Shown in pieces: positions 47,755-56,707 of a DNA stretch of 63,916 nt. The notes below the pieces were generated by a model. The model was given only the letters and a program-made list of their open reading frames with translations. It was not told the DNA's origin and searched no databases. Position 1 is the stretch's first letter. Every line of letters starts with the position of its first letter. The DNA comes from an uncultured Haliangium sp. (lineage in GTDB: Bacteria > Pseudomonadota > Gammaproteobacteria > GCA-001735895), in the NCBI GenBank assembly GCA_964195735.1, contig CAXMQY010000021.1, positions 1 through 63,916 of the forward strand. Direction: 5' to 3'. The position numbers were made by a program, and so were the translations under genes.

Positions 47755-49722
47755 ATGATGGAAAACAAGTCTCATCTGGGTTGTTTGAAGCCTTTTTTTG
47801 TTTACCTGGTTCCGCTCCTGATAGTGCTCAGCCTGTCCCGTGCAGCGCTGGTTGGCTGGCAATATGATCGAATAGCCGAAACGGGTGGGCTCGGGTTCAT
47901 TCTCCTGCAAGGGCTGCGCTTTGACCTGGTGCTCCTCGGAATGCTTCTGTTCATTCCGGGTGTGTTACTGCCGCTGCTGGCAACCAATAGATGGACACAG
48001 CGCCCAGGCTTTCTCGTCATCAAGTATTACTTTCTACTGTTAACCGGTTTGCTGGTTTTCATGGAGCTGGCCACGCCGAATTTCATCATTCAGTTCGATT
48101 TCAGGCCAAATATCCTGTTTGTCGAGTACCTGAAATATCCCAGAGAAGTCATCACGATGTTACTCAAGGTAGTACCTCTGCAATTGGCGCTCGCGGTGTC
48201 TGCGACCGCCCTGGCGGTCTTCTTGATGTACAAGCTGCTGACCCCGGTTTTCCACAGCGCCCGGCAAAGCATCATCTGGACGGCTCCGGTATTGTCTTTC
48301 CTGATGCTTTTACTGTGCTTCATCGCCGCGCGCTCCACCCTCGATCATCGGCCGGTTAATCCGAGTACGGTAGCCTTTTCCTCCGATGCACTGGTCAATA
48401 CATTGCCGCTAAATTCGACCTACACGGCGCTCTACGCGGTTTACGAAAAGATCAGGTATGAAGGCGGAAAAAGCGCCCCTTACGGCGAAATGCCCGGCGA
48501 TCAAATGATCAGCGAAGTCCGCGTCACCGCTGGTTTACCCGACGCAGTCTTTTTTAATCCCGATATCCCAACCCTGCATCGACACCACAATTCTGCCCAG
48601 TATGCCGCCAGCAAACCGAAAAACCTGGTCATCATTCTCGAAGAAAGCCTGGGCGCGGATTACGTCGGCAGGCTCGGCGGCCTGGATATCACGCCGAATC
48701 TCGATGCCCTGGCAGACGAGGGAATCTGGTTCGAACAATTGTATGCAACCGGCACCCGGTCGGTACGCGGTATCGAAGCCGTCATCACCGGTTTTTTTCC
48801 GACTCCCCGGCCAAGCATCGTAAAACTGGGCGGCAGTCAGCGAAACTTTTTTACCATAGCCCAACTGTTGCGCCGGCAGGACTATGCGACCTCATTCATT
48901 TATGGCGGTGAAGCCCACTTTGATAATATGCGGCGGTTTTTTTCAGCCAATGGCTTCACTACCATCGTTGACGAGAAAGACTACATCAACCCTGTTTTCT
49001 ACGGATCCTGGGGAGCCTCCGATGAAGACCTGTTTAGCAAGGCCCACGAGATTTTCGGCAAACAACATGCATCGGGCCAGCCCTTTTTCAGCCTGGTGTT
49101 TACATCCTCCAATCATTCACCCTTTGACTTCCCCGAAGGGCGTATCGAACTCTATGATCAACCCGCGGCCACCGTTGCGAATGCGGTCAAATACTCCGAC
49201 TACGCGCTCGGGGAGTATATCCGCAAGGCAAAAATGTCTGACTATTGGGAGAATACCGTCTTCCTGATCATTGCCGACCACAGCGATCGTGTCTTCGGCT
49301 CGGACGCCGTTCCGATCGAACGCTTTCGCATACCGGGTTTGATCCTGAACGCCGACGGTAATCCACGCGTTGTCAAGCGGATCAGCAGTCAGGTAGACAT
49401 GCTGCCTACATTGTTTTCGATGATCGGGATTGAAGCCGATCACCCGGCGATGGGCATCGACCTGACGCGAGCGGATATCGACCAGGTTCCCGGCAGGGCA
49501 ATAATGCAATTTCACGGCACCCAGGCCTACATGGAAGGCGATGCCGTTGTCATATTGCAAGAGGATCGACAGCCACGACATTTTACCTATCAGCAGAAAA
49601 GGCTGATAGCGGCTGAAACCGGGAACCCGGCGCTGGAAAGCCGTGCGCTCGCCACTGCGATCTGGCCGATGATTGCCTATAGAGACAAGACTTACCGGCT
49701 GCCCGATAGAAACGAAAAATAA
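47755..49722 (+). CDS. LTA synthase / phosphoglycerol-transferase (sulfatase) family membrane protein
   Basis: An N-terminal block of about 5 TM segments is followed by an alkaline-phosphatase-superfamily domain (ILEESLGADYVG, ATGTRSVRGIEAVITG, SSNHSPF, IADHSD). The track start is a TTG at 47737. Confidence 0.8.
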   Translation: MMENKSHLGCLKPFFVYLVPLLIVLSLSRAALVGWQYDRIAETGGLGFILLQGLRFDLVLLGMLLFIPGVLLPLLATNRWTQRPGFLVIKYYFLLLTGLLVFMELATPNFIIQFDFRPNILFVEYLKYPREVITMLLKVVPLQLALAVSATALAVFLMYKLLTPVFHSARQSIIWTAPVLSFLMLLLCFIAARSTLDHRPVNPSTVAFSSDALVNTLPLNSTYTALYAVYEKIRYEGGKSAPYGEMPGDQMISEVRVTAGLPDAVFFNPDIPTLHRHHNSAQYAASKPKNLVIILEESLGADYVGRLGGLDITPNLDALADEGIWFEQLYATGTRSVRGIEAVITGFFPTPRPSIVKLGGSQRNFFTIAQLLRRQDYATSFIYGGEAHFDNMRRFFSANGFTTIVDEKDYINPVFYGSWGASDEDLFSKAHEIFGKQHASGQPFFSLVFTSSNHSPFDFPEGRIELYDQPAATVANAVKYSDYALGEYIRKAKMSDYWENTVFLIIADHSDRVFGSDAVPIERFRIPGLILNADGNPRVVKRISSQVDMLPTLFSMIGIEADHPAMGIDLTRADIDQVPGRAIMQFHGTQAYMEGDAVVILQEDRQPRHFTYQQKRLIAAETGNPALESRALATAIWPMIAYRDKTYRLPDRNEK

Positions 49723-49748
49723 CCTGCTACCAGCGGATAGAACCGGCT

Positions 49749-50081
49749 TCAGGAGCGGTCGAGGTGTTGCTGGATGGCGATCCGGATTTTCTGCCAGGCA
49801 AGTTCCATGTGCTCGTCGAAAATGCGGCGCACGGTTTGCTCCAGCGCCGGACTGATATCAGTTGGGCCGTGACCGACAGTATTGAGGTCGATATGGGGGG
49901 TGTCGAATGTCGCACCGGCGATCGGCGCGGCATTGTCGAAATCGATAGCAATGTCGCCGGTGCGCGTCTTTGCGTTCATGCCGAAGGCGGGATCGTCATC
50001 GAGTCCGAGATCAGACAGGGTGATATCGGGGCCGGAGTCGATGAGATCGGTCAGCACCGGGATGTCTTTCGTTTCACTCAT
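49749..50081 (-). CDS. Acidic conserved hypothetical protein (positional equivalent of the small gene between holC and valS in Pseudomonas)
   Basis: 110-aa ORF whose start overlaps the holC stop by 4 nt, which suggests translational coupling. No family was recognised. Confidence 0.55.
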   Translation of the reverse strand: MSETKDIPVLTDLIDSGPDITLSDLGLDDDPAFGMNAKTRTGDIAIDFDNAAPIAGATFDTPHIDLNTVGHGPTDISPALEQTVRRIFDEHMELAWQKIRIAIQQHLDRS

Positions 50082-50491
50082 AGGTTGACGTGGTTCAGCG
50101 GATAGCCGCGCTCCTTGTAGTAACTGTAATGTGCCCGCGCCTGCGCCTTGTTTTCCTCGGTGACCAGTTCGATGACACGCTCGAACTGGGCGAAGTAAGT
50201 TGGCACCGAGGTCGACAGGTTGATCAGCAACTGACGTTCTCCGGCCGGGTCCGGGTTATCGTGGATCAGTATGGGGGTGACGTAATCCGTGCTTTCCTCG
50301 CTGTCATGCGGCACAAAACTGTCGTCGACGAAGGTCCACAGCTTGTGATCGAGCAATTGGCTCTGCTGCGCATCCTGCGTCAACAGCAGCGTCAGCTTTT
50401 GGTTGTCGTAGGCTTTTTGACAGAGCCGACAAACCACCTGGTCGTATCGATGTCGGCCAGGGTCGAGCTGGTAAAAATCGACTCGCGTCAT
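50078..50491 (-). CDS. holC: DNA polymerase III subunit chi
   Basis: MTRVDFYQL...LDHKLWTF..SFVPH is the characteristic chi pattern. The gene is coupled to pepA. Confidence 0.88.
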   Translation of the reverse strand: MTRVDFYQLDPGRHRYDQVVCRLCQKAYDNQKLTLLLTQDAQQSQLLDHKLWTFVDDSFVPHDSEESTDYVTPILIHDNPDPAGERQLLINLSTSVPTYFAQFERVIELVTEENKAQARAHYSYYKERGYPLNHVNL

Positions 50492-51978
50492 GTCTTGATT
50501 TGATTGAGGATGTACTGGGTCAGCAAAGGCACCGGCCGCCCGGTCGAGCCCTTGTCATCCCCGGACTTCCACGCCGTGCCAGCAATATCCAGATGCGCCC
50601 ACTTGTAATCCTTGGTGAAACGCGCCAGGAAACAGGCGGCGGTGATGGTGCCGGCATCACGCCCGCCGATATTCGCCATGTCGGCAAAATTGCTTTTCAG
50701 TTGATCCTGGTAGTCATCCCACAGCGGCAGTTCCCAGATGCGGTCATCGATTTGCTGTCCCGACTGGATCAAATTGTTGATCAGCGCGTCATCGTTGCCG
50801 AGCACTGCCGACGGTATCTTGCCGAGCGCGATAATACAGGCACCGGTGAGCGTGGCAATATCGATGACGCAACGCGGCTTGAACTTCGCGGCGTAGGTCA
50901 GCGCATCGCAGAGTATCAGGCGTCCTTCGGCATCGGTATTCAGGATCTCGATCGTCTGTCCCGACATGCTGGTGACGATGTCACCCGGTTTGGTGGCGAT
51001 GCCATCGGGCATGTTTTCGGTGGCGGGAACGATGCCAACGACATTGATTGGCAGTTGCAGCTCTGCCACCGCCTTCACGGTTCCCAGTACCGAGGCCGCG
51101 CCGCACATGTCGAATTTCATCTCGTCCATCGCCTGGCCGGGCTTCAGCGATATACCACCGGTGTCGAAAGTAACGCCCTTGCCGACCAACGCAATCGGTT
51201 TGTCGGCAGCCGCGGCGCCACGATACTCCAGCGTGATCAGCTTCGCCGGTTGCCGACTGCCCGCACTGACCGACAACAGCGAGCCCATCTTCAGCCGTTT
51301 CATGTCGGCCTCTTCAAGCACGTTGACACGCAGGCGCTTGTTGCCTTTCGCGAGCTCGCGGGCTTGCCTGGCGAGATAGGCAGGGGTACAGATATTGGCC
51401 GGCAGATTGCCGAGGTCGCGCGCCAGCGACATGCCCGCGCTGATGGCAACGGCCTCGTCGATGGCCGTCCTGGCTTGTGCGGCGTCACCTTTCGGAACAT
51501 TGACGCTGAGCTTGCGCAGGCCTTTCGGAGCCGGGGATTTGGTGCTCTTCAGACGCTCGAAACGATACTCGCTATCGCTCAGCAATAGCGCCGCCTGGCG
51601 TACTTTCCAGCCGAGATCGCGCCCTTTAAATGTGATGTCGGCCGGGTAAAATTCCGCGTCACGTGCGCCGCTGTTCGCTAGCGCGCCGGCGATAGCCTTG
51701 ATCACGCGGGCGAAGTTGCGCTCGTTCATTTCGCTCGCATTGCCGCAACCCACCAGCAATATTCGCTGCGCACCAGCGCTGCCGGTAGACGGCAATAACA
51801 GTGTCTGTCCCAGCTTGCCGTCCATGTCGCCGCGTTTGAGGATGGCGCTGAGCAAGCCCTTGCCGGAACTGTCGATTAGTTGTCCGCTCGCAGACAATTT
51901 GCGCGGTTCGGTGACGGTGATGATCTGGCAGGCACTGCGGGCTTTATCGGCAGTATTGTGTTTAAGTATGAATTCCAT
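50488..51978 (-). CDS. pepA: Leucyl (cytosol) aminopeptidase
   Basis: M17 signature NTDAEGRL, plus VGKGVTFDTGG. The start is the ATG at 51978 (MEFILKH). Confidence 0.93.
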   Translation of the reverse strand: MEFILKHNTADKARSACQIITVTEPRKLSASGQLIDSSGKGLLSAILKRGDMDGKLGQTLLLPSTGSAGAQRILLVGCGNASEMNERNFARVIKAIAGALANSGARDAEFYPADITFKGRDLGWKVRQAALLLSDSEYRFERLKSTKSPAPKGLRKLSVNVPKGDAAQARTAIDEAVAISAGMSLARDLGNLPANICTPAYLARQARELAKGNKRLRVNVLEEADMKRLKMGSLLSVSAGSRQPAKLITLEYRGAAAADKPIALVGKGVTFDTGGISLKPGQAMDEMKFDMCGAASVLGTVKAVAELQLPINVVGIVPATENMPDGIATKPGDIVTSMSGQTIEILNTDAEGRLILCDALTYAAKFKPRCVIDIATLTGACIIALGKIPSAVLGNDDALINNLIQSGQQIDDRIWELPLWDDYQDQLKSNFADMANIGGRDAGTITAACFLARFTKDYKWAHLDIAGTAWKSGDDKGSTGRPVPLLTQYILNQIKT

Positions 51979-52123
51979 GATTTTCCTGGTGTCGATAGCG
52001 TTGATAACGCGATAAGATACGTGAAGCGTCAAAAAAAACCAGTCGTAAATGCCTAAAATTCAGCCTGCTTTAAGCCTGCGCATGCCAGGCTCGAAAGCCG
52101 AGATCGAAATACTCTATTCGTAA

Positions 52124-53215
52124 ATGACTCGTATCATCACCTCATACCTGGCGCGTGAAATTATCAAGACCAGCGGTGCCACACTGCTGATCCTGTACCT
52201 GATCCTGGTAAGCCACGCGCTCGGTCGAGTGCTCGGAGAGATCGCCATCGGCTCTGTCCCGCAACAGGCGCTCTGGCCGGTACTGCTGGCAGAGGCGGTG
52301 TTCCTGCTGGGGATGTTGTTGCCGGTCTCGTTTTTTCTCGGGGTCATTTTCGCTTTCGGGCGCATGTACAAGGATCATGAAATCGTGGTGATGAATTCCT
52401 GTGGCGTCGGCTACTGGGATTTTTACCGGCCGGTGTTGCTGGCGCTAATACCTTTCCTCGTGTGCAGCGTATACGCCAGTTTGTGGCTCAACGCGCAGGC
52501 GTTGCGCACGGCGCAGGTTGTAATCGACAAAGAGCAGGATATGCACGAGTTTCAGCTCCTCAGGCCAGGCCAGTTCAACGAGGATAAATCGGCCGGTATC
52601 GTTTTTTTCATGGACTCGATAAGTGAAGACAAGCTCGAATTACGGAAAGTCATTATCAGTCAGCCCGGTAGCGACAAAATGGTGATCGAAACAGCCGAAC
52701 GAGGTTTACAGGAAATCGACGACAAAACCGGGAGCCTGTTCCTGGTCCTCGGACCGGGGAACCGCTACGAAGGGCAGGCAGGTGACCCGCGCATCAAGCA
52801 CACCAGTTTCGACGAACACGGCATACTGATCGAGAAAAAGCAGAGGAAAACGAGGTTGGAACCGCACTCTGATCACATGACATTGACGGCACTATGGGCA
52901 TCCCCAAAGCAGAAACACCGGATTGAGTTGCACTGGCGTATCGCCATACCGATGGTGTTGCTGGTATTGGCACTACTCGCAGTTCCCCTTGCCTATATTG
53001 CACCGCGGCAAGGTCGCTATGGTAAGGTCGGTGTTGCCATGCTGGTATTTATTGTCTATCTCAACCTGATAGCGTTTACGCGCTCGCAACTCGAAGAAGA
53101 TGTAATCCCGATCGTGCTGAATTTCTGGTGGGTGCATTCATTATTCCTGCTGTTGACCCTGGTGCTTGTCTATCGGCGCAATCGAGGCGTGATACTGCGT
53201 GGGGCTGGGGCATGA
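52124..53215 (+). CDS. lptF: LPS export ABC transporter permease LptF
   Basis: N-terminus MTRIITSYLAREIIK. It belongs to the YjgP/YjgQ permease family and is divergent from pepA, as in other gammaproteobacteria. Confidence 0.9.
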   Translation: MTRIITSYLAREIIKTSGATLLILYLILVSHALGRVLGEIAIGSVPQQALWPVLLAEAVFLLGMLLPVSFFLGVIFAFGRMYKDHEIVVMNSCGVGYWDFYRPVLLALIPFLVCSVYASLWLNAQALRTAQVVIDKEQDMHEFQLLRPGQFNEDKSAGIVFFMDSISEDKLELRKVIISQPGSDKMVIETAERGLQEIDDKTGSLFLVLGPGNRYEGQAGDPRIKHTSFDEHGILIEKKQRKTRLEPHSDHMTLTALWASPKQKHRIELHWRIAIPMVLLVLALLAVPLAYIAPRQGRYGKVGVAMLVFIVYLNLIAFTRSQLEEDVIPIVLNFWWVHSLFLLLTLVLVYRRNRGVILRGAGA

Positions 53216-54318
53216 TCATCAACCGCTACATCCAGCGCAACATCTTTACGGGCACGGCCACCGCACTATTGCTTTTGGTCGGGCTCGCCCTGTTTTTCGA
53301 ATTTGTCGGTGAGCTCGATGATTTGGGCAAGGGCGAATATGGTCTGATACAGATATTCCAGCATATGTTGCTCAACGCGCCGGCGAAGATCGTCGAATTT
53401 CTGCCGTTGTCGGCTCTACTCGGCAGTATGCTCAGCCTGGGGGCGCTTGCCAGTAACAGTGAGCTGATTGCGATGCAGGCGTCGGGCGTTACCCTGCGGC
53501 GAATGCTGGCTGCCCTGATACAGGCGGCAATGGCGATTGCGCTGGTCGGATTTCTGCTGGCTGACTGGGTGGTGCCGGACAGTGATGCCACGGCGCGCAA
53601 AATAAAGAACCGCACTAGTCAGCAAACCAGTGCGTTGGAATCGAAGCAGGGGCTCTGGATAAAAGACGAAAAACGCGTCGTGCATATCCTTGACTTGCTC
53701 CCCAATGGATATGCGAACGGTATCGAGATCTATCAATTTGACGAAAGCGGCCGCCTGCTGTCGATGACCCGGGCGAAGAGTGCGGGGCCACTCGAGGGTG
53801 GCTGGGAGTTGCACGAGGTTGAGCAGACCACGATCGGCGCCGAGCAGTCGCAGGCTCGGCAATTCGAGCGCCTGGTCTACCAGGGCAACCTGTCGCACCA
53901 GTTGCTGCAGGTGCTGCAGATAAGTCCCTGGCGAATGTCGAGCCGCGACCTGTGGGCCTACCTGAGTTTCCTCGACGAGAACCGGCTGGATGCGAGGGCC
54001 GAAAGCCTGATTTTCTGGCAGAAAGTTTTTTCCCCACTGACGGTCGTGATCATGTGCTTGCTGGCTTTCCCGTTTGCACTGGGTTCGCAGCGGCAATCCA
54101 ATGCAGGCAAACGCTTGCTCATTGGCATTCTTATCGGGCTTGCCTTTGTCGCGATCAATCGTGTGGTGACGCAACTCGGCACGCAAATGGGGATTGACGC
54201 GATGTTGTCTGCGCTCACACCTAACTTGTTATTCTTCGCGCTCGCGATTTTCCTGATCTTCCGCCGGCAAGGCGGGGGTCCCGGTCGACGCCTGTTTCCC
54301 GGACTTGTGAAAAGCTGA
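53212..54318 (+). CDS. lptG: LPS export ABC transporter permease LptG
   Basis: MIINRYIQRNIF start overlapping the lptF stop (ATGA). YjgP/YjgQ family. Confidence 0.9.
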   Translation: MIINRYIQRNIFTGTATALLLLVGLALFFEFVGELDDLGKGEYGLIQIFQHMLLNAPAKIVEFLPLSALLGSMLSLGALASNSELIAMQASGVTLRRMLAALIQAAMAIALVGFLLADWVVPDSDATARKIKNRTSQQTSALESKQGLWIKDEKRVVHILDLLPNGYANGIEIYQFDESGRLLSMTRAKSAGPLEGGWELHEVEQTTIGAEQSQARQFERLVYQGNLSHQLLQVLQISPWRMSSRDLWAYLSFLDENRLDARAESLIFWQKVFSPLTVVIMCLLAFPFALGSQRQSNAGKRLLIGILIGLAFVAINRVVTQLGTQMGIDAMLSALTPNLLFFALAIFLIFRRQGGGPGRRLFPGLVKS

Positions 54319-54735
54319 CACATCGATAACACGCGTGTGGCTGAGTCGGTCATGCCAGGTAAAAGGTTTGAACAAGCGCCACAGGTAACCGAGGCCCAGG
54401 CACAGCCACGACAGCAGCGCGAAACACAGGCGCAGGTAACAGATACCCCAGCCCGGGTTATTTCCTGCATCGTCAATGATGCGAATTTTCCAGACGCGCA
54501 TCCCCAGGGTTTGCCCCGACCTTTGCCAGAACCAGGCGTAGAAAGTGAATACAACGAACAACAGGTAAAAACTGAATACAGGGCTCGAATCGATCGCTTC
54601 GCCATGGTTGAAAATCATCGCTATAGCGCTGGCGAGAAACAGCATTGCGAAAATCAACAGGCTGTCATATAACATGGCGACAAGTTGCTTGAGCAGACTC
54701 GCCGGGGGACATTCAGAAAAAGTCGGGTCAGACAT
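54229..54735 (-). CDS. RDD family membrane protein
   Basis: YDSLL..., GQTLGMRVWKIRI and HDRLSHTRV are the RDD family pattern. The 3' 90 nt overlap the 3' end of lptG on the opposite strand. Confidence 0.75.
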   Translation of the reverse strand: MSDPTFSECPPASLLKQLVAMLYDSLLIFAMLFLASAIAMIFNHGEAIDSSPVFSFYLLFVVFTFYAWFWQRSGQTLGMRVWKIRIIDDAGNNPGWGICYLRLCFALLSWLCLGLGYLWRLFKPFTWHDRLSHTRVIDVSAFHKSGKQASTGTPALPAEDQENREREE

Positions 54736-54961
54736 GAGCTTTGAACATAAGACTGGGATCAGGGCTTCGGCGTTAGTCGAACCCGGCGTTCACGAATGCC
54801 GGGTTAGTGCGCAAAAAAATTCACAGGGTTTTTAAAATTCAGGCAACTATAATACAGAACGCCGGCGAGGTCCGTGCATTCGTATCATATGCAAACCGAA
54901 TATTGTATAATCGCTCGGTTTTTAATAATCACACCCACAGTTTAATTTAGGAGACTGGATA

Positions 54962-55651
54962 ATGGCGACAGAAGATCAAGCAGCAACGTCGACTGCCAAA
55001 GCGAAGAGAGCAACCAAAGCAAAACCCGCAGCCAAAAAAGAGGCTCTGCCGGCAGTGAAAACGGAAGCGGCCAATCCCGCAGTGAAAACGGAAACGGCCA
55101 AACCCGCAGTCAAGAAAGCAGCTGTAAGAAAGAAGGCTTCCCGACCCGCGGTCAAGAAAGCTGCGCCCGGGAAAGCAGTCACAAAGAAAGCAGTCACAAA
55201 GAAAGCAGTCGCAAAGAAAGCAGCTCCCAAGAAAGCGGTGGCTAAAAAAGCTGTAGCAAAAAAGGCAGTCACGAAGAAGGCAGCGCCCAAGAAAGCGGTA
55301 GCTAAAAAAGCTGTGGCGAAAAAGGCTGTCGCCAAGAAAGCGGCACCCAAGAAAGCAGCAGTGAAGAGATCAGTGGGTCGGCCCGCAGTCAAGAAGACTG
55401 CAGTGCCTAAAAAGGCCGCGGCAGGATCGGCCGCCAGGGCCCGGATTAAGTCACTTCAGGCCGACATCATGGATTTGAAGAAGCAAGTCAAGGGACACAA
55501 GAGCGATGCCCGCGCCGCCATCAAGCGTGCTGACGCCCTTGGCAATCTCTCCGCCAAGCGCACTGCCGCAATCGCAAGATTTGTCGGTGGCTGGGACAGT
55601 AAAGCCCACGCAGCTGTCGGTAAGATGACGAAGGCGAAGAAGAAAAGCTAG
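54962..55651 (+). CDS. Lys/Ala-rich histone-H1-like (AlgP-like) protein
   Basis: About 120 aa of KKAV(A/T)/KKAAP repeats, followed by a short helical C-terminal domain. Confidence 0.7.
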   Translation: MATEDQAATSTAKAKRATKAKPAAKKEALPAVKTEAANPAVKTETAKPAVKKAAVRKKASRPAVKKAAPGKAVTKKAVTKKAVAKKAAPKKAVAKKAVAKKAVTKKAAPKKAVAKKAVAKKAVAKKAAPKKAAVKRSVGRPAVKKTAVPKKAAAGSAARARIKSLQADIMDLKKQVKGHKSDARAAIKRADALGNLSAKRTAAIARFVGGWDSKAHAAVGKMTKAKKKS

Positions 55652-55680
55652 CCGCAGCTAATGACGCGACAACTCGAAAA

Positions 55681-55706
55681 GGCACAGCTCGCTGTGCCTT
55701 TTTTTT
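55681..55706 (+). terminator. Rho-independent terminator
   Basis: GGCACAG-CTCG-CTGTGCC hairpin followed by T8. Confidence 0.8.
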
Positions 55707-55710
55707 GCCC

Positions 55711-56622
55711 ATGAAAAAAAAACAGAGCGCGGAAATAGATCCGGCTATCGATCGATTCATCGATAGCCTGTGGGCGCAGAAGGGGCTCGCCGAGCTCACC
55801 TTGAGCGCCTATCAGCAGGACCTGGTTCTATTCTCACGCTGGCTTGCAAAAAAAGATCGCGATCTTCAAGGGGTCGACCAATCCAGCATCCAGCAGTTTC
55901 TCGCAGAGCGCTTTGATCGCGGCGCTTCGGCGCGTTCGAATGCGCGCCTGTTGTCGACACTCAAGCAATATTATCGACACCTGGTGCGGCAGGGCGATCG
56001 CCAGGATAATCCCACTGCGCTCATCAGTGCGCCGAAGATTCATCGCAGTCTGCCGCAGGCAATGACCGAAATCGATGTTGAAAAATTACTGCAGGCCCCG
56101 GACCTCGACAGCGACTACGGATTGCGGGACCGCTGCATGCTGGAGTTGATGTACAGCTCGGGGCTGCGCGTCAGCGAACTGGTCGGCTTGCAGGTGAGCC
56201 AGGTCAATTCGCGGCTGGGGCTGGTGCGCCTGGTCGGCAAGGGCAGCAAGGAGCGCGTGGTGCCGGTGGGAGAGGAAGCCCTGTACTGGCTGAATCGATA
56301 TCTAAAACAGGCGCGACCCGCGTTACAGCATAAAGCGTCAGTTAGCGACGCGTTATTTCTATCAAGCCGCGGCAGCGCGATTACGCGCCAGGCCTTCTGG
56401 CAGAACATCAAGAAACACTTGCTCACGGGGGGTGTAAAAACAGCGTTCTCGCCGCACTCGTTACGGCATGCTTTCGCTACGCATCTGCTCAACCACGGCG
56501 CCGATCTGCGCACCGTGCAAATGCTGCTTGGCCACAGCAGCCTGTCGACCACGCAGATCTATACCCACATTGCGCAGACGCGACTGCAGTCGATCCACGC
56601 CCAGCATCATCCGCGCGGTTGA
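55711..56622 (+). CDS. xerD: Site-specific tyrosine recombinase XerD
   Basis: Core-binding domain (LSAYQQDL), catalytic R..HxxR..Y pattern (HSLRHAFATHLL, LGHSSLSTTQIYTH). The ATG at 55711 lies just after the terminator T-run. Confidence 0.88.
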   Translation: MKKKQSAEIDPAIDRFIDSLWAQKGLAELTLSAYQQDLVLFSRWLAKKDRDLQGVDQSSIQQFLAERFDRGASARSNARLLSTLKQYYRHLVRQGDRQDNPTALISAPKIHRSLPQAMTEIDVEKLLQAPDLDSDYGLRDRCMLELMYSSGLRVSELVGLQVSQVNSRLGLVRLVGKGSKERVVPVGEEALYWLNRYLKQARPALQHKASVSDALFLSSRGSAITRQAFWQNIKKHLLTGGVKTAFSPHSLRHAFATHLLNHGADLRTVQMLLGHSSLSTTQIYTHIAQTRLQSIHAQHHPRG

Positions 56623-56643
56623 TCACTTAACGTCATCCCCGCT

Positions 56644-56695
56644 CCCTTTTATAGTCATCCCCGACCGCATGCGGTCGGGGATGACTATAAAAGGG
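56644..56695. repeat. 52-nt perfect palindrome (REP-like or bidirectional terminator)
   Basis: CCCTTTTATAGTCATCCCCGACCGCA|TGCGGTCGGGGATGACTATAAAAGGG lies between the convergent xerD and thioredoxin-TPR genes. Confidence 0.85.
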
Positions 56696-56707
56696 ATGAC
56701 AGAAGAG

